Notes under the pieces: generated by a model
Told to the model about the DNA's origin: nothing
The model's database searches: none
What the model saw: only the letters and a program-made list of their open reading frames with translations
Assembly (NCBI RefSeq): GCF_009914755.1
Contig: NC_060934.1
Direction: 5' to 3' (one strand)
Source of the DNA: the human T2T-CHM13v2.0 reference genome, Homo sapiens
Length of the DNA: 64,000 nucleotides
In this document: positions 14,311-28,555 of the stretch, piece after piece
Layout: every line of letters begins with the position of its first letter
How positions within the stretch are numbered: position 1 is the stretch's first letter
Program-made: the position numbers and the translations under genes

Positions 14311-17083
14311 TCATGTTTGCCAGTGTGAGGAAACAGAGCACATTGTGCTTCCGGGGCCCTGACCACATTTTCAAAACACAGAGTTAAAGGAATGACTTCT
14401 TTTTACATGGCACCCAAGATCCAGAACCGAGAAGGAGGTGGGTGTCCACAGTGTGAGCTTACACCTCCTAGCAGCTCATTTTTCAGGATTCTGTCCTCCA
14501 ACTGGGCTTTGCAGACATGCATTTCCCCCAACCCCCTTGCTTGCATGCAGACCTGCACATACCATGCTCCAGCAGTGAGTGCAGGGCACTGATTTTAGCT
14601 GAGGAAGGGTCTTAATCTCACACTGAATGGTGAGCCCTCCAAGGCCAGGAACCATGTGCAATTCCTTTCAGTATCCTGAGCCCCTTATACATGCAGCAGC
14701 TGCTCAGGGAAGTTTTTTTGAACAGAAATTAGATCTCCAGAACTTTGGGAGTAGCAAAGACAACCTGCTCACAGATGGACATACAGGACCTGTCACTTTT
14801 CATCTGGATGTTGGACAAACTAGGATGCAGCAAGTCAGCCTGAGCTGCCCGCACCCTCCAGTTACACACTGGAGGATTTCCTTACCAGGTCTGAAGGACG
14901 ATTTTCCCCACAGATTGACCAATGTTGGCTGAATTATTTTGGCACTTTGAAATCAGCTGTCATTGCTTCCTTCTGCTATTTCGTTTCAAATCTACAGTCA
15001 AAATTGGCTCAATATGATAAATACCATGCAGAAATATAGCAGAGCTTTGCAATAATTATTACTCTTGGGGGACTCTTGATGTGACCTCATGCTAGCCAAG
15101 AAGCTGATATGGTTAAATTCTCAATTGGAACAGTCAGTCCACCACCGCTGGGCAAGAAAGGGGCGTTTGTACAGATTTGATTGTGCTGCCAATGGTTGGT
15201 TTCTGATTTGAAAAAAGCCCCAAGTGACCACGAGAAACCACAGGAGAGCACCCACGTCTCCATGTACACACTGCAGGGCTGCTCCCAGGAGAAGCATCCC
15301 GGGATCGTTAGCAGCTGAACACCGCAAGTTGAAGATTTCAGTAACATGACTTTCCCCTGTCTGAGAGAACTGCTTACAGGTGTTCAAGCCCAGCGATTAT
15401 TACAATCATTGGCAATAAAGATCCCCTAGGCTCTGAGAGGTCCTTAGGTGTCAACCAGAGTGACAGTGCAGCCCCTTCATTAATTGGGTGGTGGTTCACC
15501 TTCTTCAGCACTAGGAGGTTGGGCAGTGACTTGGGGAAGGTCAGAATGTGGCTCCCCAGTAACAGAGACTTAAAGTAGAGATCCAGCAAAGGGAAGGCAA
15601 ATATTCTGCCTGGCTGTGCTCCCACCTGGGCTGCCGCACCTACCTGGCCCTGGGCCCCTTCAGGGCTCTCCTTGACAAGTGCCTGCTCTGGTCCCCTGAC
15701 ATCACCATGCTCACCTGCATGCACACAGGGCTTTAGAGCCAGGTCCTGACACATCCTGGCCTCCTCTGAGTCTCCGTGCATAGAGATAGTTGATGCTTTC
15801 TTTGAAGCCATTTATCTCAAATTGGAAATCAACTGGTTCCAAACAGACACCATATGGAAACCAAAAAAAACTGTAGGTTTTGTCTCTTACTTAAAATTTG
15901 TTAAATGTGTCTGAGGCTTCAGGGCAGTTTTTGGTTTTGAAAATGCTATTCACATAACTGAAAGCATGACTGAGTCTCTGAAAGTTGCTGTAAAGCCAAT
16001 GTTCCCCATCCTTATGGGAAGCTGAGGTTGACACCAGAGGAGATGTCCCTGAAAGGCTATGGCAATGCTAGGGGAGATGCTGCTTTTGCTAACATCTAAA
16101 TGACAAATGTATAACTTGGGAACATAACCAGGTTGCTTTGGATTTAAGAAAATAGTTTCATTAACAAAGTCATAAACACACTAGAGCTAGAACTTAGAGC
16201 TAGTGTCTAGGACTCAAACTTCTTCATGCATTACACAAGGACTAAACATTACATGTGTATAAGGTAGAAAATGATGCATATTTATAAGTCAAAAGGTAAT
16301 GACTGTATGATACCCAATAATGCCTGTATAATACTTGCATACAACATTGTTCAAAACAAAGTCCACTTAATGTGTTACATAATTTACAAATGTTTTTAAA
16401 TTTAGAAAACATGAAGGTAGGTTATCAAACCTCAAAAGTCAAATAAGTAGCTAAATCAACTTATTATTCTCAATGAACTTTTAATTTTACTTCCATGGAG
16501 AGGAGGGCATTATTATATAAGAAATCAGAAAAAAAATGTTTAGGAATTCCTATCAAATATACAATTAATAAATTAATGGAAATTTAATATAATTTCCAAC
16601 GATTAGATTTTTTGGAGGTAAATTAAAATCAGTTAAAGAAATGAACTTGAGAAATAGAGATAATAAATTTTCCATTTTACTCTTTCCTGCATAGATGCCA
16701 CTTGTGAAGTTCTAGACAGAGGTTGTGGCTCCAGCTAAAAACCCAGTCAATACAGTTAAAACATGTGTTCCTACTGGCTATTCAATGCCGTATTGCTGCC
16801 ACATATTTTTACTTATTTACTTGTCAGTCAACTTGGTAGGTATTATTTAAATACAGCCACTGCTAGAATGATATAGACTATTGTATTAATAGACACAAGG
16901 AGAACCGAGGAAGCTCAAATAATGACATGGCAAATTTCCAAAATTATGAGTTAAGCTTGTACCTTCAGCCTAACCCAAAACTTACAAAGAAATTATTTTT
17001 GAATGGTTATTTGGCCCAAATATAGAATGACATAAACCTTAATTCAATCTCACTATATTCATTCAAATTAGTTTATCATTTAC

Positions 17084-17312
17084 CTGCAAACTTTTTCTTT
17101 GGTTCTGCAAGTCCGTGACTCAATTCTTCACTACTCTCCCCACGAAAAAGTCCGTAAGTGATGAAAATGCTCCCATTTGAAGCAGAGTCTCTAACAGCAA
17201 TTGTACTGGTGATCCATGCTTGTGTCCCAAGAATAGAGCAAATTACAATGAAGGACCCAAGGCTGGTGAAAAAGCTTGATAAGAACATCAATGTCTTCTT
17301 TGTGGTAGGCAT
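17084..17312 (-). CDS. CLRN3: Clarin-3 coding exon 1 (MPTTKKTLMF...PKKKFA, 76 codons + 1 nt)
   Basis: ATG at 17312-17310. Hydrophobic TM1 followed by a clarin/claudin-like W...YGLFRG motif. Donor GCAG|GTAAAT at 17084/17083. 229 nt, phase 1. Confidence 0.97.
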
Positions 17313-17369
17313 TTTCACAGGAAAATAAGTTCTCTAGGACAAAAAAAGGAATATCTTCTTATAACACTT

Positions 17370-17520
17370 TTGAACCTTATCTTTTGAAGTCTGGTATTTA
17401 GAAATGGAGTCTAACACTTTATTGTCAAATATAAAATCTCACTCTTCCTGAGGAAGGGTTATGCTAATGGACATTGAACTCTGAACATGGCCATAAAATT
17501 AACAGTAGCTGAACTTTGGT
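17370..17520 (-). promoter_or_regulatory. CLRN3: CLRN3 5'UTR/proximal promoter (non-CpG) with GATA, CDX and HNF4-type motifs
   Basis: cttatct (GATA) at ~17376, GGCCATAAAA at 17489-17498 and TGAACTTTG at 17510-17518, all directly upstream of the ATG. The exact TSS cannot be read from sequence. Confidence 0.55.
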
Positions 17521-18433
17521 CTGGAGTAAGAGGCTGCTATGGTTACAGCCAACCAGCATGAACAAGGGGTGGGCATGGTCTTCCCAGGGACTTCCTCAAT
17601 CATGCAATTAATTTATAATCCTTGGCCAAGTGTCATGGAAGCAAGTTTAGCCTACCATATCATGACAGGAGTAGAATTCCTAAATAATAGGGCGTGGAGG
17701 ATCTGTATTCCCAAAGCGTTGCTGAGTCTAGCAGACAACAACATGAAACCCCAACTCCTCCAAGAATTATTGGAAATATGTAAACATATACTTCACTATT
17801 GTGGATATTTATGTTGCTTCAATTTCACAATTATGATTGAGAAAGAACAACACCCAAATATCTTTAGGCATAAACCTTTGTTCATATCTCCACTTGCTTC
17901 CTTGCTTAAACTTCTAGAAGTTTGACGAAGTCTGTGGATTTTTCTGAAGTTTTTGCTATGCATTGCTCAGTTTCTTTACTCATTAGTGATTTGACTCTTA
18001 TAATTGTTCCAAGAGGAATCCTAAGGAGGGTAAACCTTTGTCAAATGTACTGTGGAGTGGAAAGAGAAAAGCTTACACCTCCTTATGTTTTATACCTCTC
18101 TATTTTTAGACTTTATCAGAGAGGTTTGGCTTTCAAATTTCCTCTTTCAAATTGGATCATATTTGCGTATTATTTAAATTATATCTTGAGAAGTTTCATC
18201 TTTATTACTTTTTAGTACTCTGATAGAGATGGTTCTGAACATTCTTGTTTTTGGTCGTTATAGCTGTATCCACTCTGTTGAATGGTAAATAGTTTATAAA
18301 TGGTCATTTCTGGACTTTCGAAAAACTCTCCCATTTGGCGAAAAGATCATTTCTTGAGATGATAAATAGACATTCATAGCATGTTTTCCATACCGCTTTT
18401 TACTGTATTCTTTGATTATTTAGTAATATAATA

Positions 18434-18513
18434 TTAAGTTGGTGCAAATGTAATTGCAGTTTTTGCCATTAAAAGTTACATTTACTTTTAATGGCAAAAA
18501 AACGCAATTACTT
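18434..18513. mobile_element. MADE1 (Hsmar1-derived palindromic MITE), right end eroded
   Basis: ttaagttggtgcaaatgtaattgcagtttttgccattaaaagt...acttttaatggcaaaaaaacgcaattactt matches the MADE1 inverted-repeat consensus. Confidence 0.85.
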
Positions 18514-19278
18514 CATCCTCTACTTTTCTTCATTAACACCTAACTTATTTGTGGAATTAGCTGATCATCTGTCTTTTCCGTTATTGTAACTAGATGACAT
18601 GCTCCGGGAGGTGGACATGTTTGTTTTGTGTACCACTGGATTCCAGGGAACTCTCAAAGAGCCTGGCCCAGAGAAGACACTCAGCAAACATTTGTTCAAT
18701 AAATTATTGGAGATACGTACACACATACTCTACTACTGTGGACACTTATGTTGTTTCTATCTTAAAATTATGATTAAGGAAGAACAATGCATGAACATCC
18801 TTATGCATAAACCTTTGTCCATATCTCTGATTATTTCTTTGGTTAGACTTCTAGAAGTGAGTCAAAGTCTGTGAATGTTACTGAAGCTGTTGCTACACAT
18901 TGCCCAGCTGCTCATTAGAAAAAGATACCAGTCACCCACCATGCCCTTAACACAATGAAGGTGCACACTTTCCTACATCCTCAAAACATGTATATTATTG
19001 GGAAAATTTACTATTTTTTCCATTTAAGTCTATTTATTTTGACCACACTTTTAAAGGGTGGGACAGAATTTCAGTAGTTAGTTCCTTCTGGCCCTATTCC
19101 TAGTGTGGAAAATAATTTTGTATTTATTATTGTATTTTGTATTACATAGGCCTATTACAAAAATGTATTCAAATGGAACTGGCAAGAATAAAGAAGAAAG
19201 TAAATATAATAAATAATTTATCCAACAAGAAGTAATTGTGTTCACAGTTGGGCAAAGACTTTCATACCTACAGCTTTA

Positions 19279-19703
19279 TGTCTTAGCTTCCTGCTGCTAT
19301 AACTGAACACCTGAGGCTGGGTGATTTATAAAGAACAGAAATTTATTTCTTATGGCTCTAAAGGCTGAGGAGTCCAAGGTCAAGGGGCTGCATCTGGTGA
19401 GGGCCTTCATGCTAGTGAGGATTCTGAGTCCTGAGGTGGCACAGGGCGCGCATCATGGTGGCCAGATAGCAAGTGGGCTGACAGTGCTAGCTCAGGTCTC
19501 TCTTCCTATTCTTATAAAGCCACCAGTCCCACCCCGGAGAAAACCCATCGATCCATTAATCCATTAGTCCATGAAATAATTAATACATTCATGAGGGCAG
19601 GGCCCTCATAATTCCATTGCCTCGTAAAAGTGACAACTTTCCATACTGCCACACTGAAACTCACCAATATGAGTTTCAGAGGAGACAAACATCTGGTGTA
19701 GCA
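19279..19703 (-). mobile_element. ERVL-MaLR solo LTR (MST-type)
   Basis: tgtcttag...gctgctataac...tttataaagaacagaaatttatttct...gagggcagggccctcat...tagca is the reverse complement of the MaLR LTR consensus. Confidence 0.8.
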
Positions 19704-19749
19704 CCATGCACACATTTATAATACAATTGAGTCCTACTCTATGTTCTAT

Positions 19750-22700
19750 TTTATAATCTGCTTCATAAAAATTTCAACAACTTGCCATGGCAATCCTTTC
19801 ATGTCAATAGATCACATTTACCATTGTATAAAGCAACCACAAATTATTTCTACAAACCCTTTTTGGTGGACATTGAGGTTGTTTCTAGCTTTTCACTGCT
19901 GTACCCGTGATGTGGTGATACTCCTTTTATGTTCGACCTTGCTAACCTTTCTAGGTATTTCCTTGAGATAAATTCTGAGAAGGAGAATTGTTGAGTCAAC
20001 CAAAAATATGTGTTCACCAGCTGAAAGTGTGTCCCAATTTAAATTCCTGCCAACAGCATTTTGCATTAGAGTCCCCAATTTCCACAGCTTCCCCACAGCA
20101 TAGTATTGCTACTATTTTTAATCTTTCACAAGCTGGGAGACAAGAAGTAGCTTGTTGGCATTATTTGATTTTTACATGTCAGTTAGAGTTACTATATTCT
20201 AATAAGATTATTACCCATGTGTATTTTTACTGACACAGTTTTCTGTTTATGATGTTGGCTCCTTTATTATATAGAGAGGTTTTTTATTTATGATTTTTTG
20301 TACAGTAAAGATAGTAAACCTTTGTCAGTTCTGTGTATCTTGTGGATATATATATATGTATACTGAAATATATTCATTGAATATATTTATTCATTTTGTT
20401 ATTTGCATTTCAATCATATTTATACATTTATACATTTTAAACATATGTGTAGATATTTTGCTGGCTCAGGTTAAAAATGTCTATGTAACCGAATATTTCA
20501 GTCTTATACTTTATACTTTCTGGATTTGGTATCCCAACTCCAAAGTTATTAAGGCTATTTACATATAAAAACCAACTCAAGTTTGTGTGAAACAGAAAAG
20601 TGATTTTTTTTTTAAAGATACAGGATTATTTTGCATTCCCCAAGGTGAGGTGACAATGAGAACTCAGGAAATTACTAGAACTAGAATTTCTATTGCCTTC
20701 TCTGCTCCTTACTGCATATCTGTTTCATTTCCTGGGTTTTTTTCTAATATTAAATTTTATCTTTCCTGCTATTCTGTTGCTGTCTTTTATTTTGTTTTTC
20801 CTCTTCTAATTTTCTGAAATGAATATTTTATTTTCTTAATTATTTTGTTTTTGCATTAATAAAATATTTAAAACCATGAATATTTTTCTCTTCATATATA
20901 TATATGTCTTTGGCTAGGTTCCATAGGTTTTTACATATGTAAATTGGCATTTAACATCTTGAAATTGCATTTTTTATTTCCTGTTTGTTGAGGACAAAGT
21001 TTGTAAGATAATTGTATGGTAGCATTATTTCTATTTCGGTTATTTGTTTCTAGTTGTCTATAATTTTAATCAAATAATGTGATCTTAAAATACATCTACT
21101 CTTAGGGTTTTATTGAGATTTTATTTGTAGACAATTTATAATCAATGTTTATAAATTTTTATAACATTTTTTGTCACTGTAGGCTATTTTGTTTAATGGA
21201 TTTACCATCACTTATTTAACAATGTTTTATTTTGGCCATTTTGGATATTATGAAATTTTTTGCTTATACAAATTTGCTTAAATACAGATCATTAACTATA
21301 TCCTTAAAATAAATCTCAGGAGAATTGCTGACTCAGATAGACATTTTTAGACTTATTATATTAAATATAAATTGGCCCCCAACTGGCTTGCAATTCATAA
21401 TCCCACCATAAATGTATGAGAAAGCCCTTTTTTCTATAGCACTGGAAAATGTTTGTTATTTTATATGTAATATTGCTTTAAGTTACAATTCTATGGTTTG
21501 CTTTTCTGTCACTATAGTTTTGGCTTTTCTAGAATTTCATAAAAATGGTATATTATAGTAAGTAGTCTTCTGTATCTGACTTTATTTTTTAGATTCATCT
21601 AGATATAGATACACACATTTGTTTATCCACTCAGCAGCTGATGGACATTTTGGTAGACTCAAGTTACATCAATGTATTATATTTGTTAAGGATAAAGCTG
21701 TCATGCATTCGAGTACAAGTATATGTGTGGATATCTGATTCCTTTTTCTTGCATAAATAAATAAGAGAGATATTACTGGAACATGGTAAGTGTATATTTA
21801 GCATTATAAGAAACTGATAGACTGATTTCTCAAGTGGCTGTTCTACTGTGCATTCCCACAAGAGATGTATTATAGTTTCAGTTGCTCCATATCCTCACCA
21901 GCACTTGCTATTATTAGTCCTTCAAAATTTGGCATTATAATGAGTGTTTACTGATATCTCACTGTGGTTTTTATTTGCATTTTGCTAATACTAATGATGT
22001 TGGACATCTTTGTATGTGTTTCTTTGCCATTCATATGCTTTCTTTGGTGAAGCCTCTGTTTACATCTTTTGTCCATTTTCTTATTGATTTGTCTTCTTTT
22101 TGTTGAGTTGTAAGAATTATTTATATTTTATTCTCAAGATACAATATTTATTAGATATATGTTTTATATATATCATATATTTATTAGTTATATGTCTCGC
22201 AACCATTTTGTTCCAGTATATGGGTTGTTTTTTCATTTCCTTAACAGCATCATTGAAGAGCAAAATTTTTGAAATTTGGTGAAGTCTAACTTACCAATTT
22301 TTTCATTTTATGGAATATGGTCTAAATGTTATATTTAAGAAATTTTTGCCTAACCCAAGAGCACAAATATTTATTTTCCTATGTTTTGTTCTAGAAATTT
22401 TATGCTTTTAGGTCTTATATTTAAGGTTATGGTCTATTTCGAGTCAATTTTTGTATATGATATGAGGTAAGGGCTGAGGTTCATTTTTATGCATGTGGCT
22501 AGGGTGTTGTCCCAGCTTGGTTTCTTGAAAAGATTATCCCTTCCCTGATGAACTGCCTTGGCGTCTTCTTTGAAAATCAGATGATCATATCTGTGTGGGT
22601 CTCTTTCTGGATTCTCTATTAAGAGATCATTCTTTCCAGTCCTTTGTAAGCTCCAGGAATTGTTTGTCACTTGGCTTTGCCATGGCTCCCGTCCTGGTCT

Positions 22701-23700
22701 CCGAAGCTTCCTCTGAGGTGTGTGCCTCAGCACTCAATTAATGATTCCAGGGATCCCTCTAGATTTCTACGCTTCCCTCTGCAGCTCTCTCCTCTCCAGC
22801 ACTCACCACCAATCCTAGCACTTTGGCCTCCTCAAACCTTGGTTTCTTTCTATTCAACTCCAGAAGACCATTGGCTTCTTTGGTTTCCCCTTCCACACCG
22901 TAGCCTGGAAATTTCCTCCTTGAAAACCTCCTGGCGCAATTGTCAGTCTGACTTCATTTGTTTCTTTTATCTCAGGAATCATGGCCCTGTGCTGCCTGAT
23001 GTCCAAGGTCTATTATAGAAACCATTCCTTTATATATCATCTTCTGTCTTATTAATTTTATAAGACTATAGGGGGCCCTTCTTACTCCATCATAGTCCAA
23101 GGAGGTAGTCAGCCTTCACTGAATGACCACATGGCTGTCACACTTTCTTTCCCTTAGAATTTTGTAGCTACCACTTTATTGGCTTTTTGCACTGAACGTT
23201 GCTGTTGAAAAGTCTGAGGCCAGCCATATTTTTTCTCTCTGTATGTTACTGAGTTACTCTGATAGCATGGTTATAAGAGTCTGTTTGTGAAGTGCAGCCA
23301 TACCCACCTAAATTTTGTTTAGATTATTCTGATTCATTTTATTCTCCTTTCATGTAATTTCTCTTTTCAATTTGCATATTCAGTTTATTACAGAAACATT
23401 TTTCTGTGTCATATTTCTAAATTATGTGTTCCACTTGTTGAAATTTTACCTGCAGACACACCAGTTATTGTTGTGTTGGGTGATCTTTGACCTTCATATC
23501 CACTATTCACCTTCTTCTAATTGCTTTATTCCCTTTATATTTTTGCTGTCTATTCACTGTGATTTTCTTCCACAATGATAACTCATTTTTAGCTAAATTT
23601 TTTTCTAACTTATGTATTAAATCTTAAGTTATATGGCTTGGAGTCTCAATTTGTTTTCTATTAACTTATCTCTGTTGTTTTATATCTCATTATTAGTCCC
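19750..23700 (-). mobile_element. Cluster of old antisense L1 (L1M) fragments
   Basis: T-rich. Contains gtggacattgaggttgtttc, tgtggtttttatttgcattttgctaatactaatgatgttggacatct and ttgaaaagattatcc. The minus-strand ORF at 22434-22733 carries degenerate L1 ORF2 residues (YDHLIF..DAK..DNLFKK..WDN). Confidence 0.75.
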
Positions 23701-23773
23701 TTGCGTAATTGAATCTTTCTTATTATAAGTAAGTTCTTACATAGCATAATACATGCAGAAGAAACTGCTTCCG

Positions 23774-23926
23774 CCCATTGGATTGGATGTTTTTCCAGAC
23801 TGAGGTGTGCTTACCCTTTTTTTCTTTTCTTCTGCTATGTTGGTGTAGATCCCATTGGATTGGATGTTTTTCCAGCCCGAGGTGTGTTTACACTTTCTTT
23901 TCTTCTGCTGTGTTTGGGTAGATCCC
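23774..23926. repeat. Tandem duplication, 2 x ~77 bp
   Basis: cccattggattggatgtttttccag...tagat starts at 23774 and again at 23851. Confidence 0.9.
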
Positions 23927-24873
23927 AGGGTATTTCTTTTCATCTTGCTTAGTTTAACATGAGAAGTTCTATCCAACTATTGGTTTACACGAATCCATGA
24001 TTAGTGAGTTTCCCTGACATACTTCTTACCTTACCTGGGGCTAATTTATCTTAGCTTCTCCATGCGTCACTCTTTGACTGGATGGTTTTCTATCATTTTT
24101 TTTTCTAAATACATCCAGGAGGGAAAAACGTATACAGATCTTTGACAAAACATGTAAGTCAGATTAGCTTAAGCTCACAGGAGTTTGGGGTAAGGGAAAC
24201 CTCTCATGTGACATGATGCAGGGCTTCCAAGAAGGTCTCCAGGACATCATTTTGCTCTTTCTCCATCTCTGGGTTGTGTTTCTCTTGGCTCTGCTCCCAA
24301 GTTCATGGACTTGGATCCTCATTCAGAACTTTTATCCTCTCAGCTTCAAGTTTATTACAAGAAAGAATCGTATGCCTCTCCCCCAGAAATCTCTCAGCAT
24401 TTTACTTGCTGTAATGCTGCCACACACCCACACACCTAGAGCTGGACAGAAGCAGGGAGAGGTCTTGTTGTGTTGTAAGTAGGATTACTGCTGATTCATT
24501 CTGAGTTTAGGGAGGCAGAATTGGTGGTCTTGCTTCCATTAGCTCTTGGCTAATCAGAATCTCCATGCAGTCAAGGACCTTTTCTAATTAGGCTTGGTAA
24601 TTGCACAGGGCATGGCAATGGGGACTATCTTGTCCCTCTGCTCAGAGTAAGAGGCAGCCTGAGACTCTGTCCAGGAACAGGAACTTTATAAGGGATGGGC
24701 TAGGGCAGACTGAGTCTGGGTGTACATAAGAGGAAGGTGATGTCAGAGCCTGTGGTGAAGAGGCCTCTTCAAGTTGAAAACATCTAGAACACGAAGCCCT
24801 CACAGAAAGGAGGAGAGAAAGACCAAAATCTGGAAAGCAGGTCACTACTAGAGGCTGGGAGGCGGCCCTAGCT

Positions 24874-25190
24874 CAGGATTTCCCATAACTCAGTCATTTC
24901 AGTTCCACTGTTGCAATTTTTGCCATCTATGACTATCACCTCTAATGTTATTTCCTTAATAATTTTCTCTAAATTAATTTTTTATAAATTAATTGACCAT
25001 GACACTATCTACATTAGCTTAGCTGTAATAAAATCTTGAGCGATGTCTCACTATTTTTCTAATATACATGAAAATAAATATACAATTTATATATGAAATG
25101 AGAAGTGGCCATCCTTGTACTATCTACAATCATCTCTGACATCCCTCCACATACACCACTCCCAATAGAACCTTACTTTGGAAAACGCTG
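24874..25190. mobile_element. hAT-Charlie-type MITE with 8-bp TSD
   Basis: Ends caggatttcccataact and actttggaaaacgctg form imperfect TIRs, flanked by ccctagct (24866-24873) and gcctagct (25191-25198). Confidence 0.6.
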
Positions 25191-26314
25191 GCCTAGCTGA
25201 TATGAAGAAAGAAAATGACCTTCTACGTTGCTGGAATGCACTGGGGAAACTGTTTTTTGTTTTGTTTTGTTTTGTTTTTAACTACAGTTTGAGGCCGCTG
25301 ATTTCTTCTACTTTTCATGAAGCTTACTACACATCAGTGATTTTTTAAAAATTACAAATATGCCCCTTACAGCACATGAAGTTCCAGAATATATAACAGG
25401 ATTTATTTTACCATTTTTAACTATGAATTCATGTACATGTATACTTTCATCATAAAACGTATGTAGTTTATATGTACTTTGGGATCATTTAAGTAGAAAA
25501 ATTGCCTCAAGATGACCACACTTTTCCATTAAAGGCAATTTTTTTATATGTAAAAACCTTTCTTAACACTGCCATGCTTTAGGAAATGAAATATTTAAAA
25601 ACTAAATTTCTATTGTGCTTTAGTAACCGCTAAGAAATAAATATCTGTATCTCATTTTTAGGAGAGCTTTCCTCAGTGCTGTATTATGTCTCATTACCAA
25701 CTTTTTCCTCAATTCCAAGAGCAAACTGAAATTATATACCAGGTAGAAACAAGGTGATTAATAAATCATCCCACCAGTGATAATGTTCTGTGGATTATTG
25801 ACATGAATTTCACTGTGAGGAATAAAGAAATTATGTCATAGGTCTTATAATTTCTCAAGTTCAAGGAAAAATATCCTTTTGCCAAAGTGTAGATATTTCT
25901 GAGAGTCCTATGATTTTTTGAGTGAGGAACACACGGGTATTCAATGCATTATGAAATCATCTGAAGCAGGCCATGGAAGGTGCTGGATTATTTTATTATT
26001 TGGCCTTCCAATGAAAACAACTCTAATTTACAGGCATCAGTTTATTTTGTAAATTGAATCAATTTTTCTTAATCATAGAAGAAGAGAAATAATAAATGAC
26101 TTTTGCCACTGTGCATGGAATGGTCACCTGCCCTCATCCTTATGCATTTGACAATGTGATAACTGTTCCCAAAACAATTACACACACATACATAATGATA
26201 TATTGTTCACCTGTACTCGGTGGCCAAGAAGTTAAGATTCAATCATACCCTCATATGTGTGAAATGACATATGAACAAGGCTATTCTTGTAGCATTTTGT
26301 GTTAGAAAACAACT

Positions 26315-27870
<1,556 letters not shown>

Positions 27871-28198
27871 AAGAAAAAAACGAAGAGTTCAAATGTGGTA
27901 AGGATCTGGGGGAGGGCCTAATTATTGTTTTTTCTGGGTGAGTAGAGGAATCTTCCAGCAAAAAGATCTGTCCTCTTGATTTCAGTAATTGTTAACACTT
28001 GGGCATAACTTGGAAAAAGAGGAGGAGAGGGAAGAATAGTTGGGTAATGTAAAAATAGATAGTTCTGAACCTATTTGTTATTCAATCTAGTACATCCTTG
28101 AGATCAGAATAACCATCCTGACTGTGGTTACTAAAAGTTACCTCTTGGTGGGAACAGGGCCTGAACAAAATCATTGAAGGACTCTGGTGTTGTCTCAG

Positions 28199-28555
28199 TG
28201 TATTAGTCCGTTCAGACATACCTGAGACTGGGTAATTTACAAAGGAAAGAGGTTTAATGGACTCACAGTTCCATATGGCTGGGAAGGCCTCACAATCATG
28301 GAAGAAGACAAAGGAGGAGCAAAGACACATCTTACACGGCGGCAGGCAAGAGAGCATGTTCCCTTTATAAAGAGAACTGCCCTTTATAAAACCATCGGAT
28401 CTGGTGAGATTTATTCACTATCATGAGAACAGTATGGGAAAAACCTGCCCCCGTGATTCAATTGCCTCCCATAGGGTCCCTCCCACAACACATGAGGACT
28501 ACGGGAACTACAATTCAAGATAAGACTTGGGTGGGGATGCTGCCAAACCATATCA
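28199..28555 (-). mobile_element. THE1 solo LTR
   Basis: TG...CA termini; the reverse complement begins tgatatggtttgg. Perfect 5-bp TSD CTCAG at 28194-28198 and 28556-28560. Confidence 0.9.

Noticed and set aside
17313-17318. MK- extension of CLRN3 in the ORF track
   Set aside because: It starts from GTG (bacterial-style start). The real ATG is at 17312, with A at -3.
17539-18874. Two homologous ORFs (128 aa and 91 aa) as a paralogous small-protein pair
   Set aside because: The homology is limited to a duplicated, L1-like DNA block. The N-terminal parts are unrelated, and there is no splice or polyA support.
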